Origin: Puccinia triticina
Taxonomy: Eukaryota
Direction: 5' to 3'
Assembly: GCA_026914245.1 (NCBI GenBank)
Contig: CP110439.1
Location: 6,014,001-6,078,000, forward strand
Length of the DNA: 64,000 nt
The notes under the pieces are model-generated. The model ran no database searches. It worked only from the letters and a program-made list of their open reading frames with translations, and was not told the DNA's origin. The translations under genes and the position numbers were made by a program. Positions 49,401 to 63,850 of the stretch are shown here, in pieces. Each line of letters opens with the position of its first letter. The stretch's first letter is position 1.

Positions 49401-52400
49401 GCCGGGGGATTAACGCTCGTGGGGGACAAGTATGTAGAGTGAGCTAGGCGAGTAGACGGGCTCCTAATTCGGGTTTAAATGGCGCAGCGTCGCAAGGGTG
49501 CGAATGTTGGAGGCGCCACCAACCCGCAAGCAGTTTCTTGTTTTGATTGCTCCGAAAGGGTGCGGACTGTTGCGGACGATGTATCAGGGCTGCTGTTTCA
49601 GGTCGTCCGCGAAAATGAGGGGTTTGACTTGATGGGGTGAACATAAAAAGGCGTCCTGGCCGTGTCCTATCCTCCACGGATCCAGTTCCCCTCTCGCACT
49701 TGCGGAGGTAGAACACAATCCGTCGGTCGATAACCCTCTCCACCCTTGCCTTTGTAGGGGCCCGAGGGGGTTAATCTTATTTCTCTCTCCCCTGTTGCAC
49801 TTGCGCAGGCTGATAGAAACCCCTCCGCTTTTGCACTTGCAATTGCCCCAGGAAAAATGTATTATTCTGCCCCCCTGCTGCACTTGCACAGGCTGGTCAA
49901 AAAAAAAAAAGAACACACAAAAAAAACCTCCCCTGTTGCGCTTGTGCAGGCTGAGCAATTCATTTGAAACCAACCATTTGCCCGCCTCTCTCCCCTTGCA
50001 TTTGCAACAGGCAGAGGAGGGAGAATCCGGTCCCTTTTCATTCATGTTTCATGAATTGGGGGATCAGTCCGAGGCATTAATGTTCGGGGACTTTAAATTT
50101 AATTTTCACAGCAGCAAAGTCAAACATACTTCTGCCTGAAAAGATGGGAAATGTGGGAAACATTGCCAAGTTGGCCACTGCCACACTGGCAGCCCCCTTT
50201 TGGGGCCTTTTTGGAAAGGGGGAGGGTGAACCCATGAACCAAATTTCCACAAAAGTGTGGATTTAATATACTTAGATCAATCAAATTGCGCATATCAGAA
50301 ATATACGCATCCATATCTTCAATATGAGTCTGGAAGATTAAAGAGCCCAGGAGACAGAGAGAAGACCAGAGATTGATGTCGGATGGAGTCATGAACTGGA
50401 AAAAGATGAAAGGTGCGGCTTGGAGAATTATTTTGAAATCTTTACCAACAAGGCTTGAAGAATATAGCACCATACTGGTGGGTCAAATGGAGGGGATATT
50501 TAAAGAGAATGTGTTGAAAGAATACCATAAGGCCAAGAGTTCTTCTTTTTGATTTGCGTTCAATCCATTCATAAAATCTCTGAATAAATATTTTACTGCA
50601 CCAAGTAAAAAGACGTGCAATACCTCAACCGGTGTATCTTTGACCATGTCAAAACCTGAAGAAGAAATAAACAAGAATAACACAGTCAAATATAAATACC
50701 AATTAAACAAAGCAACAGAATAAAAACCTTTGAGCTCCAAAAATTGATTAAACATTTTATTATAACTGTGTTCTTCCAAATCCAACAACTCTTGCGGAAA
50801 TTCTTGATTCATATGATATGGTAAGTCTTTGCCGTTGTCAGGTAAAGCAAGCAAAGCAATCTTCTCCGCCTCGAATTTGAATATTTTTTTGCAGAATTTT
50901 CAATTAACTTGATCACGCACACCCAGCTCTGCAGATTTTGCATCTAGTTTGTCGAGATTTTTAGTTTCTTTTGCAAATATCCAGAGTTTTTTCAAGTCTT
51001 CTGCGGTTTTTCCCATGCTTCTGAGTTGATTTGGACACTGTTTTGTTCAAAAAAACCCGCAAAAATCAGATTTAACTTCTAAAGTAGAATAAAAAAGACA
51101 AAAGGACAAAAAAATAGATACATTTGATCCATGGAGGTTTTTCTGTAAGAATTGGGTGATGTACGGCAGTTTTTTTTTGGTCTTTCAAGGTAGCAGAAGT
51201 TAAAGTACAGTATCAACAAGAATTAAGTGAATTTCCCGGCACAGGCGTGTTAGTGAGTTCGGCGTGGATTGGAGAATCTCCTGTAACACATAAGACGCTG
51301 GCCATCACGTCAACTTTGCCGCCAATTATACGTCAAATCCGTCTGAAAATGAGAAGAGAATTTAAAAAAAGCACCGTCAATTAGAAGATGTAAACTAAAA
51401 AGAATTGAATCTGATGGATTTAAAAAAATAAAATTTGTACTTTAACTGTTCAATTACCAGCGCGCCCAGGTCCAAAGCGCCAACAATATTTGAAGTACAA
51501 AGAAAATGGCAGTTGAATTGCTGATTTGAAAATTGAGGCGGTAAGCCAGAGAGCGTAAAATAATAAGAAATATGTTTATTCCACTTTTTAGATTTGTTTC
51601 CAGACGTATTGTCGCAGTATAGCGTAATTGGTACATTTTGTAAGATTTTTCCACCCGCTTTTTTTCTCCATGTGTTTGGGAAAGATACAGGTGGATTCCA
51701 GCCGTGCTGCGCATCAATTTCTATTTAAAAAATATAGAAATGAGATATTAATTCATGTACATCTTTATTGCTTGCTTTATAAATTAGTGGAATTCTCACG
51801 ATGAATTTTTCCTCCGCAAGCTGTTGATAAACTTGAACCACTACTTGTATTAATCTTGTCATAAGTCTTATCCAAGTTCTCTATGGGAATTACTTGAAGT
51901 TTCACATCATCAAAATCTATTTTGTCGGGAATTCCAATCCGGATCTGTGAATTATTTTTGCTGGATTTGAATTCAGGTTGATAACACTTTGCAAACGACA
52001 AGCTTTTTTCAGTGTAGAAGAAAATAGGAATAATAATTTGAGCAGAAAATGGGGAATTGCTTTTTGTTTGATTCAACCATCTGCGCTCGAAGGTTGGGTG
52101 CCGTATGATTCAGCCATTTTGCAGACTGTGAAAGCTTGTAGACATTCTGGCCCCGTGCTTCTTCCGGATAGAAATCCATGTTTGGCGCAACCAACGGATT
52201 CATCAGATCCTGTGGAGAACACCCAAATCAGCTCAAGCTCAACAACTCCTCCGGCACAAAGAAAATAAGATCCTTAATTAATTCACTGGCATTCTACCCA
52301 AAGACCGGCTGTCCAAAGATGGTTTCCATCTCAATGATAGTCTGGTTGATGAGGGTTCAGATCTTGGCCCGCATTTTTTGCAACGCTTCCCAGCGGGGAA

Positions 52401-53070
52401 GTTGGATGTGGTAGAGCGTGAAGACGCTCCGAATCTGATGGTAGAGGTCTCGGGAAATTAGCTTATGTAGGTATCCAACAATCAGCAAACCAACAAGGTA
52501 CTGCAAACCAGTTAGTATGTCAGTTTTTTTCTCTTTGTTATTCTTTTCTTTGCTCAATTTTAGTCCAAACAAGCTTACTTCCTGATTTAAAAATGGATAG
52601 TAGGCCGTCTTATTTGGTTTAACTTTTTTAATTTCCTCTTCCTCGCGACAAAACAGTGGACTAGACGGTAAACCAGAATCCTCGGGCTCGGATTTGATCT
52701 GACCGACCGCTATGCCAACATACTCCATCTAAACTCTCCCTCCTTGTTTTCATCCAACTCCTCCTCGACAAAAGTACCAGGCAGAACCTCCTCAGCTTTG
52801 CCATCAGCTCCGCTTTTGTTATCAGACTCGACCACTGGATCCAGTCCTTCGTCCCCGCCCATCTCTCAGTCAAGTTGACCGGCCTCATTGTCACAAACAA
52901 TTGTCTCAGCATTTGAAAGTTTGACTGTGGTCCTTCAAGCAGCCTGTCAAGCCCGCTGATCTTTGTTTGCGCAAACTAGATTTTGGTGGCGTGAATTCAT
53001 GGTATGCCTGTTTTGGTTAGTCGTAGGTCTTCCTCTACACAGGCAGCACTCGTACATCTTTAAACCTGTA
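46499..53070 (-). pseudogene. CACTA/Plavaka-like transposase, interrupted by Helitron
   Basis: C2H2 finger (CCLC...H...H), YCDNTSGNKSKKWNKH, GFDMVKDTPVEVLHVFLLG, KAKFHMLIHL, TESFESYN, LNVQRNC. Frameshifts present. Confidence 0.8.
47720..50276 (-). mobile_element. Non-autonomous Helitron (2557 bp)
   Basis: On -: 5' TCTAAGTATATTAAA; 3' hairpin GGCGGC-GTA-GCCGCC followed by TTGTACTCTAG. Inserted between A and T without TSD. Its removal restores transposase LIDIFLNQII. Confidence 0.9.
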
Positions 53071-53510
53071 GAGTTTCTTTCAAGAAAGTCTTGAAGAAAA
53101 AAGAAGTAAGTTTTTTTATTATTTGCCCGAAAAAATATTAATGGAAGCTATAAATTTAAAACTCTGGTCCATTTTCACCCAAGTATATCTTCTTGAGGTT
53201 TCCAATATCTGTTGTTGTTTTTTTTGTGATGATTGACTTGACAGTTGGCAATAATTTGGTGGAAAGTAGATCAAAAAGGGGGACCGAGGTATGGATGACT
53301 TGGTTAAATTTTTTGAATGGATGACTTTTTTTCGATCTCTGAAATGACCATGCCCTTTACCTCTTTTTTGAGTTTAAATTCATTTATAAATCTTCAATCA
53401 GGCCGGACAAATCTTAGCTGGTTCTTCATTGTCACTCCCCACCTGCTGACCACCCTCTTCCTTTGCTTGGTCATCACTCCCTTTTTGTCACCCACTCCCA
53501 CAGTCAACTT

Positions 53511-55100
53511 ATGATGCCACTCAACGTTGATGAGCTCCTCTGTGGAGGTGTGGATGACCAACAGTCCAACTTTGGAGGTGCTCATCAAGATCCAACCTCA
53601 CCCAATCACAACCATGACAGCCACTCCTCTGACAAATTTCACCCTACTGATCCTAACAACATCTTTGATTGTCCACCTAACCACGGAGATGTCAATATGG
53701 CTGGCCCAATGGCTTCAAATTCTTTTGACGACAACATCAAGGAAGTATGTGCCGAGCTTCAATCTGAGCTGAAACTTGACCAAGATCATTTGAAGATTGC
53801 CAATATTGCATGCAAGGTAGTATCTTTATGATGTTTTGCTGATTCACTCTGAGGAGCATCACAATAATGATATCTGGACTCTCATCCTGTATATTTTCCA
53901 CACAGTATGTCTCTGAAGCACTCGATGCAGCCTTTATCTTTTCTAATGGGGTGTATCACCAACTGGCTGTTTCAAAGAACGTTGGTCCTGCGCAGCGCAC
54001 CACTTATACATGTGATACAACTTTCAAGGTGCGTTGGTATCAACTGTTTTGATCTTATTGTTTCTCTTGTTTTGATCCCATCTAACCCTTGATTCTTGCT
54101 TTGGCCTGTATATTGATCCAACACATTCAACCAGGACTTTGTCAGAGAAACTGCTCAACTGATCTTGCTTAAGCCGACCACTGATGCATATTCTAATAAT
54201 CCTCACAGCAATGGGACAATTCCGAATTCTTTGTTCTTCTTAACACTGGTCAGTTTGAATTCCTTTTTCTTTTCAATGAGTTCTAAATGTATTTGTCCTA
54301 TTTTATGCCTCTAGGATACCCTCAACAGACAGCCCAACAAGTGGAAGCAAGAGCACATTCCGCCGCCTGATGTGATGGGGACTTTGCAAGGAGTTGCTGA
54401 TTATTGTAGATTAATTGCTGATCTCTTAAAGTACTGACAAAGCTATCTTTGTGATATGGTGAGTCCTCAACAAGCTTTGCCTTCAAACATAATGATCTGG
54501 TCTCTTTCTGTTCTCTTTTGCTAGCTTCTGATAAATACACAGGAGACCAAGAAGATAAAGGTTAATGGTCCCATCCCTAATTGCAAGGACTTACTAACCA
54601 AAGTAGGTAAATCATGAATTGGCAAATAAAGATATATATTTCTCTAATATAATGTTAATTTCTTCATAGATATACAAGAATCTCCCACCATTTAAAAGGA
54701 CAAAAGCTAACAAAGGCCAAGATCACGCAACAAGTGAAAGATAACTACGCAATGCGGGCCCGAATCTGCTACTGTTGACTCGTCATGGTGCATTTCTTGG
54801 CACATAAAAGCAGGAACGATTCACAATGGTTGGACGTCGATGACCGATTGCGCATTCTATGCGGTTCATCATATGCATTCCAAGAACAGTGAGCATTTCC
54901 TCCTTATCATTCCACCAATTCTTCTACTCCCTTTACTGACATTTTTTTTTATTTCTTTTTTGCCAAAGCCATTCAGTCATTGTCTTGAACAAAGACTTCG
55001 AACTATTCTCTCACAACCGGTATTACAAGGAAATTGACAAGGCCAAGTTCACAGTGCCTACCATTGAAGAGGTCCAGGCCTCTGTTGACACCGGAATGGT
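53511..55100 (+). pseudogene. Companion gene of the second CACC element (multi-exon, decayed)
   Basis: GT-AG introns. RARICYC*LVMVH...SQWLDVDDRL...AFQEQ/HSVIVLNKD resembles the C-terminus of 3880-5475. Confidence 0.55.
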
Positions 55101-55749
55101 CCCCGCAATTCTCCACTGATCTTTCAACCCATTTCCCCTTATTTTCTCTTCCGCTTGGCAAAGCCATTTTTTTTTATTTCTTTACTAATTCTTTCCTGTT
55201 GTTTGCTTCCAAACCATTCCTTCTCTGTCTGGACAATTTTCTTCTGCACTATTGTATCTTTTTTTTAAGAAAAAACCGGCAATAGATTTGGATTTATTTT
55301 ACTCAAAACTTGAATCTGTCGGTTCCTCTCAAAAAAAACTCCGCCGGTTTTTCTAACCGGCGGATTATTCTGGCGGAAACCTGCTGTTTTTGTCCGAGAA
55401 TAAAATAAAAGAAACACGGCTCATTTCTCACGTCGCCGTTGGCCTAACGGCGGGTCCCTGCTGTCGGTGATGTCGGACATTACACGGCGTCCAGATGGGA
55501 TTGCCATCCTGTGCGGCTTTGGGCGGTCGCCGGACAGAAGCCCCACGTGGGTCAAAAGCCCGACGGCGAGCCACCGTGGGCAGTTCTCCGACCGCGGGCT
55601 CTGCACGTGGGGCCCACGTGAGGGGTTCTGCCGACCGCGGGTCCTGTGACCTCCCGCTCAGAGGCACGCCCAAAGATTAGGGCGGGGTCGCGGGGGTCGC
55701 CTCCACATCGGAACCCACGTTGAGCCGCGGTTGGGCGCGCTCCGTGGTG

Positions 55750-55838
55750 TACCCGTCGGCGGGTGCCGTTTCCGGGTCCAGGTGTCCAACAAGTACCCGC
55801 ACCCGTCGCGGGTACCCGGACCCGTTTGGCCATCTCTA
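55750..55838. mobile_element. hAT-like right terminus remnant
   Basis: Ends CCATCTCTA (rc TAGAGATGG) with GTACCCG subterminal motifs. Confidence 0.5.
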
Positions 55839-56655
55839 GTACAGACTCGAGTTTTTGTTGTAAAAAACAGTACATTCTTTTTTGAAAATGAATTAAAAGT
55901 GTAGTTGGTGGTTTAAATAAAAACCGAGCAGACAGACTTCTAGCCTGCTGTCTCAGCTTCCATCTCTTGTTTCTCTTAGCTCACTGCCCCTCATAATGAC
56001 TAGCCCAATCCGCCTGCTCTGGACTGGTTCTGAAGCGCTCTTCAAGAAAGTTTCAAGTGCAAAAGCTGAAATTCCCTGAGCTTGCACGGGCTCAACGGGA
56101 TTGTTTCCAGAAATCCACCATGTAACAACAAGTACAGGACGCTTCTTGCGAGGGAGGGATGGATATTGGGGAGTCTGAAGTGGGGAAAATAAGCTGAAAA
56201 GTTTGTGATTCCTGCAAGGGTGCAAAAGGCACGGCAAGAATCACAAGTGTACAGGTAGTTTTTGGGGAACATAGGCAAGTGTGACATCTTCCCTGCCATC
56301 TTGCTTGATCTTGTAGACATGCCAATAAGTCCCTCCTTCGGAGGTCACTACGCCGCCCCAAGGAGGGACTATTGTTAAGTTCGGCCCTCCTTAGGGCTCT
56401 TCAGTCGTTAAGTGGACCCCAATATGTGTTGGTGGATGGGGCACCAGCTTATGGTTGACACAGGTTGACATCAATTCACAAAAAAGAAACGAAACAAACA
56501 AACAAACACTTACTCACTGAATCAAGAAGAAATGTTCAAAAATAAGATGGACAGTACAATAAAAGATCAAAATATCTAGTTGAGAGACGGAGCAACCAGA
56601 AGAAACAACGAGAGGGGGTGGTGTGTTGGTGGCCCAGCAAGTCTAGCCAGTGCGG

Positions 56656-58539
<1,884 letters not shown>

Positions 58540-58786
58540 CTTGATGGGTGTTTCTGGATGGATGAGCCAGCCGGCACTCGGTTCTCCTTTCTTCTCTGCC
58601 TGGTCCCGCTGGCTTTTCTTAATAAAAGAGAACTCGGCCCCCTCCAAAAAAAGTGGATACTCGGTACAAGCATCCACCCTCTCCCCGGGCTGTCACACCC
58701 TCGGGACAGATCTGTGACATGTCGATCGCAATAAGTCAGACCACCACCACCAAACCCCCGCCACCGAGGACTCGAGCAAACACAAC

Positions 58787-59187
58787 ATGGTCGACGACTA
58801 CACAGTAGCAACAGTAAGCACAAACCACCGCCCCTCGCTCGTCTCCAGGCTGAATTATTGTTGCTTGCACAGCTAGCATGGAAAGACGCCCCGCCCTTCG
58901 CCCCCGCCCTCCCGCCCCACCTGCATAGCTCGATCGGCTTTGCATTGCTCGCGAGCGCATTCGGGCTCGGCTTCCTATTCACCACGTAAGCCAGCCGCCT
59001 GTCCGCGCGCGAAGCCACCCGCATCCCGGGAGCCGGCCGGCCGAGACCCACGACTAACTGCGTGTCTGCATCCAGGCTGCCGAAAGCCGGCTTCCCGACC
59101 ACCGAGCTCATCCCCGCCCTCATGGCCTCCGTGCTCACCGGCTTCGGCGTCGTCTTCCTCTTCAACGCCGCCGGCGTATACGTCTGA
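58787..59187 (+). CDS. OST5: Oligosaccharyltransferase small subunit Ost5/TMEM258 (83 aa, 3 exons)
   Basis: Exons 58787-58813, 58873-58985 and 59076-59187 with GTAAG...CAG introns give MVDDYTVATLAWKDAPPF...ASVLTGFGVVFLFNAAGVYV*. Two hydrophobic helices and the typical GVYV end. Confidence 0.88.
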
Positions 59188-59637
59188 CCGACCGAGCCCC
59201 CTCCCCACCCACAACACAACGCTCTTCATCCCGCTTGAACCAGTCTCGTGTACCCGAAAATAAAACCCATGCCAACACAAACAGCACAGATACAACTCTG
59301 AGTGAGAGCAAGACAGATCAAAAGAAACCGAGAGTCCAGGAGAAGACCGCTGTTTGGTCTCATAAGCTTCGGAGTGGAAGCGCGAATAAGACCCCGAGGG
59401 CTGCGAGGAGGGACAAGTCTGAGTAACGGCGCAGCGCCTGCACCGGAGCTCCCTCCAACAGCACCAGGCCTAGTCCTTCCACACAGCACACACACGCACT
59501 GGCCAGTCCGACACCTCGGCCGCGTACATAAGTCTCTGGATTTTGGGGGGCAAGGGCCCCAGACTGAGAGCGCCGTATCTGTGCTAATTCAGCCGCCCGA
59601 CACGCATCTACATACATACACAGACCACACAGGCCAG

Positions 59638-59639
<2 letters not shown>

Positions 59640-59670
<31 letters not shown>
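59640..59670. repeat. (CA)n microsatellite
   Basis: About 15 CA units between the 3' ends of OST5 and the desaturase. Confidence 0.9.
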
Positions 59671-59672
<2 letters not shown>

Positions 59673-59933
59673 GCGAAGCACGAGAGAGCAAGGAACAAAG
59701 AGATAAATATATATATATATGAGGCAGCAATGTGGTCATGTTTTGGGGGGTGGCTCTGGACCCCCGAGTATCTATGAATTCGTACGCGTGGACGATTTTT
59801 GTGGTTGGGTGGAGAAGGAAAGAGGGAGCAGAAACGCACGAGCTACGGGCCTGTGTGCGTAGAAAGAGAGGAAGACGGGGATATGCTTTGTGAGGAGAGA
59901 AGCAGCGAAGGAGTAAACAAGAACCAGGGGAGG

Positions 59934-61859
59934 TCAGTTGACGAGCCTAGCGATCCGGAGGGCCTTCATCTTAGCCCAGGCGACGCTGGAGTGGGTGTTG
60001 AGTTCGAAGGCGAATTCGGGGGCACAGTCGACGAACCGGATGGGGTCTTTGAAGCGGGAGAAGGGAAGCTGGGCGAGAAGGGGGCTGGAGTGAGGAGCGG
60101 GGACGGGGGGCTCCGGGTCGAGGGGGGACAGGTCGAGCAGGAAGCGCTCGAGGATCCGGTTGCCGCCGGGATGGGCGGCGGCGGCGAAGTACTGGGTGAC
60201 GTCGACGAGGTAGTTGTCGATGACGAGGATCCTGAGCAGGGAGGGTCTGCTGGGGCAGGGCTGGCCGGGCTCCGCGGAGGGCGCTTGACGGACGAGCCGG
60301 GCATGGTAGGCGGCCAGCTGGGCCAGCATTTCGTCGCGCTTCCACCGCGGGACCGGCGCCGGCGTCCTTGCCGCCCGCCCGCCGCGCCGCTTCGTCGTCG
60401 TCGTCGCCGTGCTGCACTCCCCCGAACCCGCTGCGTCCTCCCCGTCGTCCCGGTCCGAGGACGACGACGAGGAGGAGGAGAGCAGACTGATCTGGTGGAT
60501 GTCCTCGAACTTGCTCGCCCGCCCGTCCCGCCGCCGCGACGATGTCAGCTTCAGCACCCGCTGGCGCACTTCTTCCACCTCCCGCGAGTCCGTGTAGTTG
60601 ATCTTCGGAACCAGACTCGTGTACCGGTGCAACAGATAGATTATCCATCTTTTCACAAAGTTGATAGGCTCAGTCGCGAATCTCTCTCTCTTGTTTGGCC
60701 GGGGATGAGCTCACTTTGAGGGGTCCCAGTCCAGACTGTCGGGCCCGTTCCGATAATCCTTAGGAAACACATGATGATAATCTAGCGCCGAAGACAGGGA
60801 TCAGAACGAGAGTGATGGGGGAGGAATAGTGGGAAGACTTCACTGTGATTCGCCTCGCCGCCGGTGAAGAGGGCGAGGAGGAAGTTGGAGCGGGCGGAGA
60901 TATCGAGGTCGAAGGCGCGCTCGCCGTAGTAATGGGCAAACGAGTTGATGAGGAAGGTGAAGTGCCAGATCAGGATCCGGGCGACGAAGCCGGCCCAGAT
61001 CAGCCCGTCCAGCCGCGAGTGTCTGTTGCTCTTCAGCACCCATTCGCCCAGGATATACGGCAGCACGAAGCCCATAAATAGACTCATCGGCACGTAATAC
61101 TTGTGTTGGAACCTGACCACTTTATTTTTTTTTTTTTGTTATTGGTGTTAGTGATCTCTTCATGAGGGGCGGGCGGTTCATGGCGAGGACTTACCGGGGT
61201 CTTGGTTGAGGTCAGACTGGTCGATGAGCTTGAGTTTCTCGTACTTGGGTTTCCTGAAGATCCAGCCCATGTGGGAGAAGAAGAGGCCTTTCTTGGAGTT
61301 ATAGCTACCCAAAAACACTAAGATCAGTGAGGGCGCCGAGAGCCGAAGGACTGTCGATTCGAGACACTCACGGGTCGAATTCGGAGTCGGTCCAACGATG
61401 GTGGAGGCGGTGTCTGAGCACCCACCACTTGATGGACCCCTGGAAGCCGAGACAGCCCAGGAAGGCCAGGAGCCAGCGGAGCGGGGGGGAGGCCTTGAAG
61501 GCCCTGTGGGACCATAGCCGGTGGTAGCCGATCGTGATCCCGAAGGTGGCCAGCTGCCAGGACAGGAGCGTCAGGACGACCGTCGGCGTGCTGATCCGGG
61601 CCAGCGGCGACACCCATGCCGCCCCACATATCCCGGCCACATGCACCGAGACAAACTGTTTGCGATCGTACAGCATTTAGAGTTGTACACACACCATCAA
61701 GCGTGGGCGTAATTGCATATGCAAATAAATCGATACAGTCGTCAGTGTTTCGGTGCGCCCCTGGAGCTTGTGAGTGTGGGATGAAGGACTGACGAAGATC
61801 AGATTGGACCACCAGATCGGCGGCGCGGGGGTCTGGGGGGGGTGGCTGGCGGATGGCAT
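59934..61859 (-). CDS. OLE1-like delta-9 fatty acid desaturase with C-terminal cytochrome b5-like domain (multi-exon)
   Basis: His boxes GYHRLWSH, HRLHH and GEANHNYHH (across an intron); FFSHMGW; INSFAH; C-terminal VDVTQY...HPGG. Confidence 0.9.
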
Positions 61860-62351
61860 GGTGGTTGTGGGCGCGGAGGAGGGTGGACGGGGAAGAGGGC
61901 GAGGGCGGGCTGGGGTGGGTGGGGGAGGGGCGATGGGCGACAAGGTTCCGATGGCCAGGGACGGAGGCATGGCTTTGCGCGTGCATACAGCCACCCGTCT
62001 ATCCACATAGCACAGCTGCCCAGGGCCGGCGGACTTCCACCGCGGCTGCCACTCAGTGGCGAAGAGTCGGATGCCAGTGCTGTGCATCTCGGCTCCCAGC
62101 ACACACAGAGTCAGACAGACCCCTCCTTCGCATCATTGTCACATACACACATTAGTACATTTCTGGTCTTCACCCCTTCGAAAAGAGCGATTTGTCAGAA
62201 GCCAGGGGACGATACAGGCACGATGGTAATCGGAGGGTGTACATGGACAACGAGGTAAAGAGGGCGGAGGGAGGGGGAGGAAGAAGACAAGCAGGAGATC
62301 TAGCCGGAGCGCCCATCGGCGGCAAAAAAGGCAGCCTGCAGCACCCTCGGG

Positions 62352-63248
62352 CTACATCTTGGAGCGCTCGAGGGTGCTCGGGGCGACGCCGAACTCCTTT
62401 GGCAGCTGGCGCCGCAGCTCGCCGGTGACGATGACCCGGATGAGCGCGTAATGATGGGTGGCGTGGAGGCAGGCGAACCACAGCTACACCGGCATCCCGC
62501 ACAGCAAACGTCAGCAGGGGTTGGCCTGAGAAGAGCAGGGGGGGGGGGGGGGGGGGGGGGGGACGCAACTTCGCGGTTGAAGGTCGTCTTCAGCGACACT
62601 TCGTGCGGCGTGATGGCGACCAGATCCAGCGGGCCGTCGTGTCTGAAGGGCGCCGCCGGGGTGTTCGCGGAGGGGCATGGCGGGGCGGGCTGGTTGAAGG
62701 GCGAGGCGGGGGAGACGAGGATCTGCTTGAGCCGGTCGAACTCGGCGAGGACGGTGCTGTGCGAGCCTGGAGCGGTGCCGATGAGTGGCTGGCGGACAGA
62801 TCGGAGAGAGAGAGAGAGAGCGGGACGCACTTTCCATGGGCACGTTGCGCTCGCGCGAGTCGTAGTTGAGCGTCTGGGGGCGGGCGGGGTCGTGGGCGGC
62901 GGCGAGGAGGATGCGGAAGTGGTCGTGCAGGTGTCTTCGGCCGGGGGAGGCGGTCAGCAGCAGCAGCAGCAGCAGCAGCGACAGGGGAGGGGACTGGCAC
63001 CTGAGGTGTTTGCCGACCGTGCTTCCGGGCACCAGCTCGGAGACCGCCGTGAGCAGGGCGTCCGAGTCGACGGCCGTCCGGAGCAGCTCCAGCGCCTGGT
63101 CGAGCAGCCCGATGGCCACCCCTCGCAGCCGCGCGTACTGCTCGGCGGCGGAGGCCGGCTCCGGCGGACTGCTGCTGCTCGCCGGCTGGTCGGCGAGGCT
63201 GCTCGGGCGCGGCGGGGCTGGCTGGTCGGCGGGCATGGGGCTGTTCAT
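62352..63248 (-). CDS. DinB/YfiT-superfamily-like protein (multi-exon)
   Basis: STVGKHLRHLHDH, NYDSRER, RELWFACLHATHHYALI and FGVAPST after joining GT-AG exons. Confidence 0.75.
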
Positions 63249-63754
63249 GGGGCGGGCTGGAGAGTGGGCGGGCCGCGGCGGGGTTGAAACGAATGAAGCT
63301 GAGAGCCAGGATTAGAGTTGTCCCCATCGAATACCCCCCTTATGTAACCCCACCAAATACATAGGAGGCCAACACTCTTCATCAGACGCTTCTCGCGATC
63401 CTGTCTGTCCGCAATCTCCCCCACAAAGACGCTTTTCTTCCCGGCCCAGACCGTGCAACCAGCTGGCTCAACCCAAAGGAGCTATTTACATCGTCCTCTT
63501 CCGCATGTTATGATCTGTCATTTTGTGTCTTACATGTTCATCACGGGTGTACATATTTTCATTAGGGGGGTTCACGTTGCAAAAAAAGCAATGCTGATTT
63601 TGTCTGCTCATGCACCTTGGAGTAAGGTTTATGCCTTGCAGATTGCTTCCAAAGGGGAGCTGCCCAGCCAAACCTTTTTGCTTTCTCACAATTTCTGCAT
63701 CTGCTGGTTTTGGTTGCTGATTTATGGGGTTCAAAATTGCATAAGATTTTTTTG

Positions 63755-63850
63755 CATAAAATCATAAACTGCAATTTTGGCTGGGAGATGTCACTCTAAG
63801 ATTTATGCACGCTGACATCTCCCAGCCAAAATTGGCTTTATGATTTTATG
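63755..63850. repeat. Inverted repeat, probably part of a MITE-like element
   Basis: AATTTTGGCTGGGAGATGTCA ... TGACATCTCCCAGCCAAAATT perfect 21-bp stem with imperfect extension. Confidence 0.6.

Larger units (their letters stand above)
45612..55749 (-). mobile_element. Second large two-gene CACC-terminus DNA transposon, decayed
   Basis: CACCAC at 45612 and CCGTGGTG ending at 55749, with GC-rich subterminal regions. Transposase (-) and divergent companion (+) as in 1-6058. TA lies on both sides but the flanks are unrelated, so the left end is less certain. Confidence 0.6.

Noticed and set aside
8831..55838. One giant hAT element bounded by TAGAGATGG (8831) and CCATCTCTA (55838)
   Set aside because: The 8-bp flanks differ (GTGGGAAA vs GTACAGAC), the TIR match is short, and the foldback host closes at 29236.
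56380..56400. Telomerase RNA template or telomeric seed
   Set aside because: Only a single TTAGGG, with no 1.5-repeat template.
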